A DNA stretch of 63,022 nucleotides, filler included, from Octopus bimaculoides (GCF_001194135.2; 7 parts of 5 records of this genome joined end to end with filler, not necessarily neighbours in it), one strand, 5' to 3'. Shown: positions 41,308-54,895, counted from the whole stretch's first letter. Program-made: numbers and translations. Notes: a model not told the origin generated them from the letters alone.

Positions 41308-42423
41308 AAAAACATACATATACATGTACAAATACACACACACACACATTCACATACGCACATGAACTCCCCCTCACTTCTGATTCTATAATATATAAAT
41401 GATGTAGGGAACATAAGAGGTAAATTCATTTTAATTACAAAAGAGTGAAATTGATACAGCTGTCGAAATGTCAGACAGAATGTCATGTGGTATTTGATCT
41501 ACCTTTCTACATTCCAAGTTCAAATCCTGTTGAAGTCAACTTTACAGTCCATCAATTTGGAGACTAATAAATAATCACTAACTTAGGGCAGTGGATTAGA
41601 AGAATTCTGAGAACAGTATTTGATAGATGTCTTGGATAATATCGATGCCATAAGGTAACCACTGATCATCTATAAAAAATATTTGCTTGGCTTGCACCTT
41701 AGAGAGGAAATTTTCAAGGGCAAATTCATAGTTTCATGAGACATAAAAAGTCCCAGAAGGATGTGAGTATTTTTAGATTAGTAACAAATTTAGGATGCAT
41801 GTTATTCAGTTGGTTTTAATTAGAATGCAAATTGCACAAAAATAAATTAAGGAATGGAATGCAAAAATGTCTTGAGATAAATTGTTGTTAATAACATTTT
41901 AATTAATTAAGGCAGCGAGCTGGCAGAATTGTTAGCACACCAGCACGCTTGGTGGTATTTTGTGCATCTTTATGTTCTGAGTTCAAATTCCGCTGAAATC
42001 AACTTTATCTTTCATCAGTTCAGGGTCAATAGAATAAGCACCGCTTAAACTCTAGGGTCAATGCAATCAACTAAACCCCTCCCCTAAAATTGCTGGCCTT
42101 GTGCCAAAATTTGGAATTTGAAACCAATATTTTAATTAGAATGTTAATACTCTTAGTTTGGAAATAAAGGTCCCTTATTTCAAATCTTGTCTGGGTTTAT
42201 GTACACATAGGAATAAGTGACTTGATGACAACTGAAAATTTTAAACTCATTGAAGCATAAATAAGTCATGGGTTGTCTTTGGAACTTTATTGAAAAATAC
42301 GTATTCTTTCATTCCTTCACTTGTTTCAGTCAAAGAAATCAACCCCAGGATGTATTCTTTGTAAGACTAGTATGTATTCTATCATTCCCTTTTGCCAAAT
42401 TTCTAAGTTAAGGGGATGTAAGC

Positions 42424-42775
42424 ATGGTTGTGGTGGTGGTGGTGGTGGTGGTGGTNNNNNNNNNNGGTGGCAGAGGCAGCGGCAGTAGCTTTGGTGATAA
42501 TGACGATGATGATGACGATGACAACGATGATGATGATGACAATGACGATGACGACAATGATGATGATGATGATAGTGATGATGATGACAATGACAATGAC
42601 GACAACAACAACGATGATGAGGATAGTGGTGGGTGGTGTTAATGATGATGACAATAATGATGATGATGATGGTGATGCTGATAATGATGATGATGATGAT
42701 GATGACAATGATGATGATGATGATGATGGTGATGCTGATAATGATGATGGCGACAATGATGACGATGATGATGGA
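42424..42775 (+). repeat. (GGT)n/(GAT/GAC)n trinucleotide array
   Basis: Directly visible. Confidence 0.95.
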
Positions 42776-42940
42776 CTGATTTTTAAAAAATTCTATTTGG
42801 GGTTTGTCATAAAGGAAGTGTTTATGTAAACTAGCCCCAAATATTCCGAGAAGAGTAGAATAATATCTGACAAGAAATCAGAGCATTGGCTTAGATATAT
42901 TTATTACAAGCTGTCATACATGCAACAACCAGAAAAAATA

Positions 42941-43150
42941 TTTAAACCAGCCCTATCTCGCCAAAATATTCCACCTGTTTTATATTCAAACCAGTCAGAT
43001 CTGGCCTTTCACACCTTCCCTGCAATCTCATTCTACACATAAACAGTCACATCGGAATCTCAAGGATATGTGATAATGCAGATTTAATCAAAACAATATG
43101 AATAAGTAAGCATTATTCTTATCAGAGTAATCTAAATGCTAAAGGCTTAA
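42941..43150. mobile_element. piggyBac-like MITE fragment
   Basis: Ends AATGCTAAAGGCTTAA; the reverse-complement end TTAACCCTTTAGCATT occurs separately at 48618. Confidence 0.35.
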
Positions 43151-43199
43151 CTCATCAAAACTAAATATTAAAGACACTTTGTTAGATGTTATATTCTAA

Positions 43200-43592
43200 T
43201 AGGCGTAGGAGTGGCTGTGTGGTAAGTAACTTGCTTACCAACCACATGATCCCGGGTTCAGTCCCACTGCGTGGCGCCTTGGGCAAGTGTCTTCTACTAT
43301 AGCCTCGGGCCGACCAAAGCCTTGTGAGTGGATTTGGTAGACGGAAACTGAAAGAAGTCTGTCGTATATATGTATATATGTGTGTGTGTGTGTGTGTGTT
43401 TGTATGTCTGTGTTTGTCCTCCCAACATCGCTTGACAACCGATGCTGGTGTGTTTATGTCCCTGTAACTTAGCGGTTCGGCAAAAGAGACCGATAGAATA
43501 AGTACTAGGCTTCCAAAGAATAAGTCCTGGGGTCGATTTGCTCGACTAAAGGCGGTGCTCCAGCATGGCCACAGTCAAAAGACTGAAACAAT
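43200..43592 (+). mobile_element. SINE family A (young, CpG-retaining copy)
   Basis: Full-length copy. Confidence 0.9.
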
Positions 43593-43912
43593 TNNNNNNN
43601 NNNNNNNNNNNNNNNNNNNNNNNNNNNNNNNNNNNNNTTAATTAATTAANNNNNNNNNNNNNNNNNNNNNNNNNNNNNNNNNNNNNNNNNNNNGAATGAT
43701 ATGACAAAAGCTGGCTAGGCAGGAGCCTGTATCAGACTTCTGTGTTTGTTTTGGCACGGTTTTACAGCTGAATGCCTTTCCTAACACCAACCATCCAGCA
43801 AGGTGGCAAAGTGCAAACATAGGTGAGGTCAGTTTTGGGATGGTTTTTACAGCTGGATGCCCTTACAAATGCACACCACTTTACAGTGTGGACTGGATGC
43901 TTTTTGGTGTTT

Positions 43913-43953
<41 letters not shown>

Positions 43954-45700
43954 GAATTTGTCCCCCACCATTGCTTGACAACCGGTGTTGGTTTGTTTAC
44001 ATCCCTGTAACTTAATGGTTCAGCAAAAGAGACTGATAGAATAAGTACCAGACTTAAAAAAAAATTAATACTGGGGTTGATCTGTTGGATTAAATCTTTC
44101 AAAATGGTGCCTCAGCATGACTGCAGTCAAATGACTGAAACAAGTAAAAGATTAAAAGATTAAAGCATCTTTGGTCTCTCTGTCTTTTCTTTGCATTGTC
44201 AAAGTGTTTGCTTCATTGCTACAACGGAACACTATAAGTCTCCCATTGATTGTGTATATATAAGTGCATTCATTCAAGTGCTTATATCTTTTATCTTCTA
44301 CTAGTTTCAGCTTGAGAGCTGCGACCATGCTGAGGCACCACCATATATTGATTTGTTCATTTGGTTTCAATGAGATGACAAGTGGGTCACATGTGGTATA
44401 GGTTAAAATTACATAATCACTTTATATTCATGGTCATGTGTTTTCCCCCATATTAAATGATTTATCTGCTCCATCTGTTGTTGAAACAGTTGCAGCCTAA
44501 GAATAAATGCAATACCAGTACCTCCATTTTTTTTTGCTTGTTATATTATATGAGTGATGTAATATTTCCTCTATTTTCAGTTGGTGAGGAACATTTTCTC
44601 CTACTGAAATACTGTTAGCCAGTATTTGCATGAGTGTTGACTGAGGTAAAGACCCCCCCCCACTACTTTAGTCATGAATGACCTTGGGATTGCACCTAGA
44701 GACTCCTCTCCGGGCAAGGTTGTTTATGGAAGACCAGCAGTCACCTATGCATACCAGCCTCCCTTCTCCACACCACCAGTGTTATCCAAGAGAAAGACAA
44801 AGGCTGATACAGTTTGGTACCAGTGATGTCACAACTTCTTTCTACAGCTGAGTGAACTAGAACAACATGAAGTAAAGTGTCTTGCTCAAGAACACAACAC
44901 ACAGCCCTGTCCAGGAATAGAACTCACTACCTCATGACATTCTAACCACTGAGCCATGTGCCTCTACACTGACTGAAGTAGTAACCTGGATTTCACAAAT
45001 CATCATCATCATTGTTTAATGTCCACTTTTCCATACATGTATGGGCTGGATGGAATTTGTTGAGGCAGATTTTCTTTGGCTGGATACTCTTTCTGTTGCC
45101 AACTCTCACCTATTTCCAAATAAGATAATATTTCTCATGGTCAGACATGTTTTCATGGAAGATTGGAAACAAAGGACACTGCTTATATGACAGTGACACT
45201 TGTCTACATCTATCACATAATGTCAAGATAAGGAAACACTGACACACTCACGTCCATACACACACACACACACACACACATGCGCGTGTGTGTATATATA
45301 TATTATGTAGCAGAAGATACTTACCCAAAGTGTCACAGAATGTGGCTGAACTTGAAATCCTGTAGTTAGGAAGCAAACTTCTTAACCACATAGCCACATT
45401 TGTAACCATATACAAAATACATATACAAATGTATGTATCTAGGTAGATAGGAAGTAGGTAGGTAACAAAGCAACTAATAGACTTCTGTATAGCTTGTGTG
45501 TAGAAAATTCCACCCTTAATGCATTGGTCAATCTAAGTTTATGGTAGAAGATACTTGTGTTAGGTGCTGCATTGTGGGAATGAACTCTGGTCCATGTATT
45601 TGCGAAGTACATTTCTTAACTAAATGAATATGACCACATTTTTATGTTTATTCATGTTTCTTTTTTAAAATTTTATTTAATTGTTTTTATTTCTTAATAG

Positions 45701-45851
45701 GTGTATGTTATGTCAGATGATCATAATGAACCAAGGAAAACCTGGAAGGATTGGAATTGGTCATTAATATCCAGTGTAATCAGTGTAGATGAACCAGATC
45801 CTACCTTAATGTGCTATACTCATTTAAAAGGACGAAGATATGGCTATACTG
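45701..45851 (+). CDS. Internal coding exon (phase 0 to 1) of an unidentified gene: VYVMSDDHNEPRKTWKDWNWSLISSVISVDEPDPTLMCYTHLKGRRYGYT-G
   Basis: Polypyrimidine acceptor tttttatttcttaatag at 45700, open frame, donor G|gtaaaa at 45852; splices in frame to the next exon. Unique sequence between repeats. Confidence 0.7.
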
Positions 45852-46504
45852 GTAAAAATATTTACCACAATTTACATGCATATATTTGTTAATCCATAAA
45901 TGTTTAAAAATATTTTTTGAAGTAATCTATAGTCTAATACATAGGATAAAGATCCTTCCTAAGTCATATATATTCTCATGGACGAAATGCTAGACCATCA
46001 CAGGATTACTCATTTCTGCCAGCTGAGTGAACATGAGCAAAATGCTCAAGAGCACATGTTGCCCAGTCCAGGAATTGAAACCTCAATCTTATGATCATGA
46101 GTCAATACACTAACCACTAAGCCATGTGTTTTCACATAGTCTAATATATACTTAAAAAAAAAAATGAAACTCCACATGGTCTAATATATACTTAAAGAAA
46201 AATGAAACTCAATAATTATTAAAGTTGGAAAAATTATTTTAATCTGTAATTGGAAATTAGAGAATAAAAGCACAACTAGAAAGAGAAAAGTTGCTTCTTT
46301 GAAAATAAACTTTTGGATGTTCGGGTGTTGGGGCAAAGAAATATACCCAAAAATACATTTTGAATTGACTTAATCTGATAAATCTTCAATAAATTAAGAT
46401 TTTCCTTCCTCTTGGATAACCATTACGAATGTTTGAAATGAAGTGAAAACTTTAAGGAATTTTGACTTGCTAATTAGATTTGAAGGCTGTGGCTTGACAG
46501 TGTG

Positions 46505-46686
46505 TGTAATTCAAAGGGTCAGCCTTGTCACACTGTGTCAGGCTGAATATCCCCGAGAACTATGTTAAGGGTACACGTGTCTGTGGAGTGCTCAGTCACT
46601 TGCACGCTAATTTCACGAGCAGGCTGTTCCGTTGATCGGATCAACTGGAACCCTCGACGTCGTAAGCAACGGAGTGCCAACAACAA
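46505..46686 (+). mobile_element. SINE family B, 3' half
   Basis: 5'-truncated copy. Confidence 0.85.
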
Positions 46687-47161
46687 TATATAAAGAAAAT
46701 TAGTGATAAAATTGTAATGAACAATATTGTATATTCTTTAGAATTATTTGGAAAAGATTTTGAAAAAATTGTATTTGCTTTGCAAGATTCCTGATGTGAA
46801 ATCATGTGCTGGCGGGTTGATCATATTTTTGATAATTAAACACACTATATATCTGGTCTTCACTTCAGCTTTATTATTTCAATGTCTTTATCTAAGCTCA
46901 CAGAAAGACAAAATGGAATAAACAGAACAAGAGGAGACACATGGGATAGAGAGTTGCTGAAGAGGTCACAGAATGTGTGATGAGAGAGCTTTGACAAAGA
47001 AACTAAGATAATAATAATAATGATAATAGTAATAAAGCAGAAGTGAAGACCAAGTATATAGTGCATGTGTTTAACTGGCAAAATATGACCATCCCAAGTA
47101 TAACAATATCTAAAAAAGATTTGTCTGTAAAATAAGAGAAGGTTTGTATTTTACTTTCCAG

Positions 47162-47376
47162 GTAAACTTCATGAAGAATCTCTTCAGGAGGAAAATGAAA
47201 TTAAGTTATGGATACAAAAAGAGAAAAATAAAGTAGCTAAGTACTTCACAGATATCTATTTACTAGATATGCTTCAGCTGACTTCATCAGACTTGACTGC
47301 AGAAAACGTGACTGTGATTACCGGTGTGATATCAGAATTGAAATCTAATTTGGTTTCCATTTCTTCTGATATATCT
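47162..47376 (+). CDS. Internal coding exon (phase 1 to 0): G-KLHEESLQEENEIKLWIQKEKNKVAKYFTDIYLLDMLQLTSSDLTAENVTVITGVISELKSNLVSISSDIS; tentatively the helical start of a GAIN domain (adhesion GPCR or PKD1-like)
   Basis: Acceptor ttttactttccag, 215 nt without stop, consensus donor gtaagt at 47377, phase matches the upstream exon. The product call rests only on a remembered resemblance of LTSSDLTAENVTVITGVISEL to GAIN subdomain A and is weak. Confidence 0.7.
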
Positions 47377-48815
47377 GTAAGTTTATATTTCAGTCAATTT
47401 TAACTCTGTAATTAACCTTGTGACTAATCTATATATATATACACACACATATATTACCATCATCATCATCATCATCTTCATCATCATCATCATCTTCATC
47501 ATCATCATCATCTTCATCATCATCATCATCTTCATCATCATTTAACATCCATTTTTTCCCATGCTGGCATGGGCTAGATGGTTTAACTGTAGATGGTAAG
47601 CCAGAGAGCTGCATCAGGCTCCAGTCTGCTTTGGCTTGGTTTCTACAGCTGGATGCCCTACTTAACATCAACCACTCCACAGAGTGTACTGGGTGCCTTT
47701 AATGTGTCACTGGTATGGGTGCCTTTTATGTGTCGCCAGCTTGTGTGCCATTCACACATCACTGACACTAGGCCATGACCATGATTTTGCTGAGCTTGAT
47801 ATGTCTTCTCAAGCACAGCAATTCACCAGAACTCCTGGTCACTTGTCATCGCTTCTGAGAGATTCAACATTCGAAGATCACATTTCACCACCTCATCCCA
47901 CATCTTCCTGGGTCTACCCCTTCCACAGATTCCTTTCATATTTAGAGATTGGCACTTCTTTATGCAGCTATCCTTGTTCATATGCTAATGTGGCTTACAT
48001 TGACAGTGCCATGTGAAAGGGGAGGTGGGAGTGAACAGTGAGAAGCGGGATGGTAGTCAACATCTGAAAAGAAGGTTTCAATGAGTGTTTGCCAGCATTT
48101 ATGACTTGTCCGTTGTCCTTGTATTTAATATCATCATTCATGTTACATTTGCTGCATCCACTGTTGATATGGCACTCACTTCTGGTCGATGGAACATATA
48201 TCACATTGTTGATATCGGTAGATGAATAAAAATAGTAAAAATAATTGAGTGCTATACAAGCATTGTTTATACAAAGAAAAATAAATTGATAGGCAGTCTT
48301 CAACAACATTTTAGTGCAGGGTGTACAAACTATGGCATGATCATGGATAGAATGCCTTTGACTATAGATCTGCTCATTAAAAGATGGCCAGGAGCTAAAC
48401 AACAATTGTATAGAGGAGTAGATTGGACAGGAGATAAGGAGGGAGAGAGAGAGAAAATGAATATGTCAAGAGTGTTACACTACACTTCATATGATTAAGC
48501 ACTGCATGTGAAAATGTGTAGAAGATATGAATCATTGGAGCATTTAGTTGTTTGATTAACAAGCTATGTGCCATAGGTATACCCAACCTTAGAAGACTTA
48601 GAGCTATACAACAATCTTTAACCCTTTAGCATTCACATTCTGTCAAAAACAGTGTTTATTTATCCCCAACCACATGGTTCTGGGTTCAGTCCCACTGCAT
48701 GGCACCTTGGGAAAGTGTCTTCTACTATATAGCCTCAGGCTGACCAAAGCCTTGCGAGTGGATTTGGTTGACACAAACTGAAAGAAGCGCCCATCATATC
48801 ATATCACATATATCA

Positions 48816-48867
<52 letters not shown>

Positions 48868-49176
48868 ATCATGGACGGACGGTAGACACATCGGCTCCCA
48901 TGTAAGTTGCATTTTTCACCTCTTAAAAGACCTATTTTGTTTTAAAATTTTGTATAAGTTGTGTATAACACAAAATACTTCGTGAACATATATTTTTCAA
49001 ATCGGAAATAGCTCTATTTAGAGCCTTATTTCCAAAAATTCAAACATATCTTCCTCGTTCCTAGCCATATTCTTTANNNNNNNNNNNNNNNNNNNNNNNN
49101 NNNNNNNNNNNNNNNNNNNNTTAATTAATTAANNNNNNNNNNNNNNNNNNNNNNNNNNNNNNNNNNNNNNNNNNNN

Positions 49177-49211
<35 letters not shown>

Positions 49212-49960
49212 ACTCACACACACACACATATGCATATATTCTTCTATATTCAGAAACACACTCACACAAATATAGTGCCAATCCATTCATCAATGCATAT
49301 GCGAGGGTGTATAAGAGGATGTGTGTTTGGTTGTGTGTGTGTGCGTGCGTGTGTGTGTGTGTGTGAGAGAGAGACTGTGTGTGTGTGCGTGTGTGTGTTG
49401 GTCTGTATGTGTCCGACTGTGTGTGTTCATGCCTTTGTTGATGCATTATCTAATCTCCATACATAATCTCTAAATCATAATATAATCAGAATATTTATCA
49501 TTCTCCACTTATTTCGCAGATGAAAGGAAAAGCTAATGAGACAAGAACAACGTCGCCGGCTTTATGGAAGAACAGATCGATACTTGAGATAGTCATGGCT
49601 GCCTGATGAAAAGAAATCTCTATTATACCTACATCATACGCATTAGTACCCAACATGCTATCATGAGTCAAGATGGCGACTGTGGGGAATAGCAAAACTC
49701 TACGTACTTCCCTCAATATCCTTCCCGCGAAGATAATCCCACGCGCCATGCTTCTCACGGCTTCTGTGCTTGGTCTATAGGAAGCTATGCGTCGAAAGGA
49801 TTGCAAGATAAATGTAAAACCGACCGCATAAACGATATCAATGATATATCGCACGTAAGCATGACCTCCAACACGCTTCTGTCTGATCTCCTATATGCTT
49901 GTTTCTCGGATTTTCAACAGTCTTTTTATCAGTCAGCATGTAAAGACATGTGTGTGTATG

Positions 49961-50008
<48 letters not shown>

Positions 50009-50079
50009 TATGTATATATAGATATATATGTATAGATAGATATATATTTATACACACACATATAGACTAGTATTTACTA

Positions 50080-50193
50080 GTAAGCCTAGTATTTATTCTG
50101 TCGGTCTCTTTGCCGAACCGCTAAGTTACGGGGACGTAAACACACCAACATCGGTTGTTAAGCGAAGGCGAAGGAACAAACACAGGCACATAA

Positions 50194-50230
<37 letters not shown>

Positions 50231-50340
50231 CATACATAGTAGACTATAGTAGAAGACACTTGCCAAAGGTGTCACGCAGTGGGTCTGAACCTGGAACCAT
50301 GTGGTTGAGAAGCAAAGCTTCTTACCACACAGCCACTCTC
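50080..50340 (-). mobile_element. SINE family A (internally deleted)
   Basis: Head and part of tail match. Further fragments at about 33634, 34349, 39870, 43900, 45300, 48667 and 58625. Confidence 0.8.
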
Positions 50341-50663
50341 GTTATTGTAGGATTAGGTCTTTTCTATATATTTTTAAAAACTGTTTTTAAAAATGTTTTA
50401 CGAAATCAACATGGCATTGTACTGATTACTTGACCTAAAGGTGTTCACATGCTGTGTGTGTTTGTTTTTAGTTTTAAAATATTTTCTATTAACAGCAGTG
50501 TACGCTTTTACTGAGTGTTCTATCGATTTTACAGATGTTCAAGTCTACTGTTCATTTTAATAGACATTTTCTGCTAAGTGAGTATCTCGTCGCTTTTCTG
50601 AAATTACGTTGGGGTGTGTGTTTCTTATTGAGTTTTGGTTGTGATTAGAGATTTTGTAATTAT

Positions 50664-50870
50664 CTTTTCTACTCTAGGCACAAGGCCGGAAATTTTGGGG
50701 TAGGGGGCCAGTCAATTAGATCGACCCCAGTACGCAACTGGTACTTCATTTATCGAAAGGATGAAAGGCAAAGTCGACCTCGGCGGAATATGAACTCAGA
50801 ACGTAGCGGCAGACGAAATATCGCTAAGCATTTCGCCCGGCGTGCCAACGTTTCTGCCAGCTTGCTGCTT
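50664..50870 (-). mobile_element. SINE family C, full-length
   Basis: Matches the 19195 copy. Confidence 0.85.
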
Positions 50871-52721
50871 TAGAGGTTTTGTAATTATACGTTACTCATT
50901 CAACTATTGATAAACTTAATAGAAATTCTGTTGATAATTTCTGTATGTGTGTGAGGCCAAGGAGCGTATATTTACGAGTGTAAGAAACATCTAAGCGACA
51001 TTTAAATTATAAGGGAGGTTATAACAAGCTACAGATCTTTTTATCGTTTGTTATTATTCTGACCTTTTTCCTTTTCCTTTTTCTTTTTCAGCGGTAGATT
51101 AATTATACTTATGACACACCTTTGTTTTATAGTTTTGTTCTTTGTAGCATCGCATAGATATACGTCTATTAATGTTTCGCTTGTCTTTTACAAGTACATC
51201 AGAAGTGTTTATTTAAAACGATCTCACCAGCGAGAAACTGGGAAGAAAAGAGAGAGAGCGTAGGTTACAGCTACTTATGAACAATGTAATGAACAGCGGA
51301 CACCGTAATTGTTCCACAAATTCGCTGTCGTGCAACAGCGTACTTATAAAAAAGCTTGTAAATATATTTCCAGCGTAGACATTTATTAAATATACATTTA
51401 ACCTCGCTATGCAAGTAGACCGCTTTGTTAAACTTCAAGTCTCTCTCTATAGAACGGAACGAAAAACTACTCAAGTAATTAAACCTACCTGTACAATCTC
51501 TTCATGCGAAAGTAGTCGAGTTTTTCTTCACTTTATTCTGTAATGATAACCCTGTAATTTCACAACAGAGGTCGTTGCTGGCTAGAAAGTAATATTATTA
51601 AGTTTACAGCTCATTAGTTGACTCACAGTGTTAAATCTATCTTTTGTAGTGATTTTATTTTGATAGAAGTGCTAATAAGCATAGTTCTCCTTTCCATTTA
51701 TTAGACTAGAAAATAACTCAACAAACGGATGCGTAACTCTAATTAGATATACTGCGTTTAAGTTTCTATAAGCTATCAAAATTTTGCCGTAGACCGAAAC
51801 TATTACGTAAGTTATTAATCTTAGGATTGTCTGAACAAATCACGGATAAGAAACTCAGATAAAACATCACTTTAGATTAGACAAAAAATAATTTGGCAAT
51901 CAAACAAGGGGGAAAAACTTTATCAGTCATGATTTCTGGCGAATGGAGTTCTTTTACAGAGAAGTGAATTTTGTTTTAAACTTATAATCTTCGGTTTGAA
52001 TTTTTATATTCTAGCCACCGTTGTTGTTTAATAACCTAATTAACTGCGTTATGTGATGCGATATTATATACTATTATGATTAAAACGTCTCATAAATTTA
52101 TCGTCATTTGCATTAACGACTCATTTCATTTCTAAATTGAGATTTTTCATTTTTGTTTTAAGTATGTTTTCTTAGAGAAAGCAATTCCAAGAGCAATTTT
52201 CTCTCAATTTTTCGTTGCTAATCAAAATCTGTTCTAATGAGAAGCATGTATATGTAATCTCTACTATTTTCTGTGGGTGTTTTTAAACACTGTCAGAAAA
52301 TGAATTTAGAACTTCACTTGTATGGCATAAAAATCTCCATTTAATCAATAACATGCAATCGATTGGCTGTCAAGTTACAGCATATCATCTATTATTGTAT
52401 TGCAAACGTCTTGAGGTCAGAAGTAAATAGAAGCGATAACAACAACAACAACAACAGCGACATTTATAAAACAAAGAAGTTGTAGTTCTTTTCTATTCAA
52501 TCCCTTCGTTCAATTAGATGAAAAGGTTAGCGACACGGTCCTTTACGGGGCCTTTCAGGCTGGCTGGAGGAAGACAGGAAGTTATCCAGAGAGCGATGAT
52601 TGCCCGATCACTTGCACATGGATGCGACACCCCTAAAGAAGCAATGACCAATCGTTTGCCATCCCTTTCTAAATTTGTCACACAACTGCTCTTCATTTCT
52701 TTCATTCCTTTGTGCACATGC

Positions 52722-52786
<65 letters not shown>

Positions 52787-54426
52787 TCTCTAACTTGATC
52801 TCTTCCTATCACTCACTTTCTTGCTCACTTCGCCACTCTCTCCCATCAAGTTTAACTGTGTGATTTCAGTATTATTCCAGTGTGTGAACTGAGCTGTGAC
52901 TCCATTACAGAGAACACTTGAGCCTTGTACAGACGAGCATTCGGTTGTTCAAAGCCAAACATTCGCTACATTCTTTTGTTCGCCAGTCAGCATCACCTGA
53001 TTTACTCTGTTTAACACAAGTACCGTACCTATTTATATAATCAACCCTAACTACGTCTCCCTTATTTATTCCACCCACCAGCCCATCCATCTGCTACCAC
53101 AATCAGAAGCAAGGTTTAGTTTAGCTGTTGTCATGCAAGGAAGGCAATAATCCTTTCTACTGTAGGCACAAGGCCTGAAATCTGGGGGAAGGGATAAAAT
53201 CGATTACATGGACCCTAGTACGTAACAGGTACTTATTTAATACACCACGAAAGGATGAAAGACAAAGTCGATCTCGGCGGAATTACTTCCATGCATATAG
53301 ACATATCAGTAATGTGTATTTATAAATGTATATTATGCAGTTATTGTTAATATATTTCTCTCTCTCTCTCTNNNNNNNNNNNNNNNNNNNNNNNNNNNNN
53401 NNNNNNNNNNNNNNNNNNNNNNNNNNNNNNNNNNNNNNNNNNNNNNNNNNNNNNNNNNNNTATATATATATATATACGTACATATATATACACACATATA
53501 TGTCTATATGCATACGCACACATACAAATACACACACATATGCGCATACATACATGCAAACAGACATTCATACTTATATCCATACACTCCACACACATAC
53601 ATACATACATACATACATACATGCATGCATACATACATACAGGCGAAAGGGTCAGCCATATATTTCATAGGGGCCAATTCAATTCCGAGGAAGGAAGAAA
53701 GACACTGGCCATCATAGACCGGCGCCCTTCTCCATCTAGAGACATGATTGCAGAGAAATGATTATTGGTTTCTGGGGTTTTTTTGGGGTTTTTTTTTGTT
53801 TTTCTTTCCTCCGTAAAATATATTAGGCCCAGTTGTGCGGAAAAGGCGAGAGGCGGGGTGGAACGAAAATGTAATATTAATGAGGGAAGCTGTTTGACAG
53901 TAATCTGTCAGAAGAATCTGCGACTACAAGATTTTATAGGAAATTTATTTGCAAGGCTAACAAAGTTTCCTTGTAAATCATGGCCAATGATGTGGGCTGT
54001 GCAGGAAACGGCATCGTAAATATGGTAAATGCCTTATTGATCTTCNNNNNNNNNNNNNNNNNNNNNNNNNNNNNNNNNNNNNNNNNNNNTTAATTAATTA
54101 ANNNNNNNNNNNNNNNNNNNNNNNNNNNNNNNNNNNNNNNNNNNNTATATATGAATAGCACATGGAATGTACGTCTCCACATTTTCTATTTGTGATGACA
54201 AAATATCAACTCCTATTGGAATTTACATACCACAGACAGGGAGCATTTCTACCACTTCTACACACCACTTTCCTTGGATAATGAAACTGAAACTATAACA
54301 TCTTTATACCTTTTTATTTTTATATTCATTCTCCAATTTCCCTATATATTCCTTATTTCTTTCCTTTTCCAAAATAACTCCTTATATTGAACCCTACTAT
54401 TTCCCTCTAGTTACCCCTCTCACATC

Positions 54427-54474
54427 GTCTCTGATGAAGGGATATCCCTAGTATCTCAGAAACAGCTGTAAGAC
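54427..54474 (+). ncRNA. Hammerhead ribozyme-like motif of a second Penelope-like family
   Basis: GTCT-CTGATGA-AGGGATA(TCCCTAG)TATCTCA-GAAAC-AGCT-GTA-AGAC: helix I GTCT/AGAC, palindromic helix III ACAGCTGT, GUA cleavage triplet; helix II closing pair non-canonical. Confidence 0.6.
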
Positions 54475-54822
54475 TAATTTTCTCTTTATAAATGTCCTGA
54501 AAATTCCACACAGCCTTGGCTTTGTTGCCTCATTTTATTTCACACACACATACACACATAATTTTTGCATGGCGCCAGGAGTTTCGGGGTGGAGTTAAGT
54601 CAACGACACCGAACGAATTGTTGAAATAGCATTTATTTTATCGACCTACCCCGAAAGAGATGAAAAACGAAGTCGACCCTAGTGGCATTTGAACTCAGAA
54701 CGTAAAGTCATCAGAAATGCCGCTAGGCATTTTTTCTCCTGGCATGGAAATGACTCTGCCAATTCGCTGCCTTACCTATATATATTGATATATATACATA
54801 CATACATACATACATATATATA

Positions 54823-54895
<73 letters not shown>

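Noticed and set aside
48286-48498. 70-aa + ORF as the next exon of the gene
   Set aside because: No pyrimidine acceptor, and it overlaps a short repeat also seen near 23500, 27200 and 28450.
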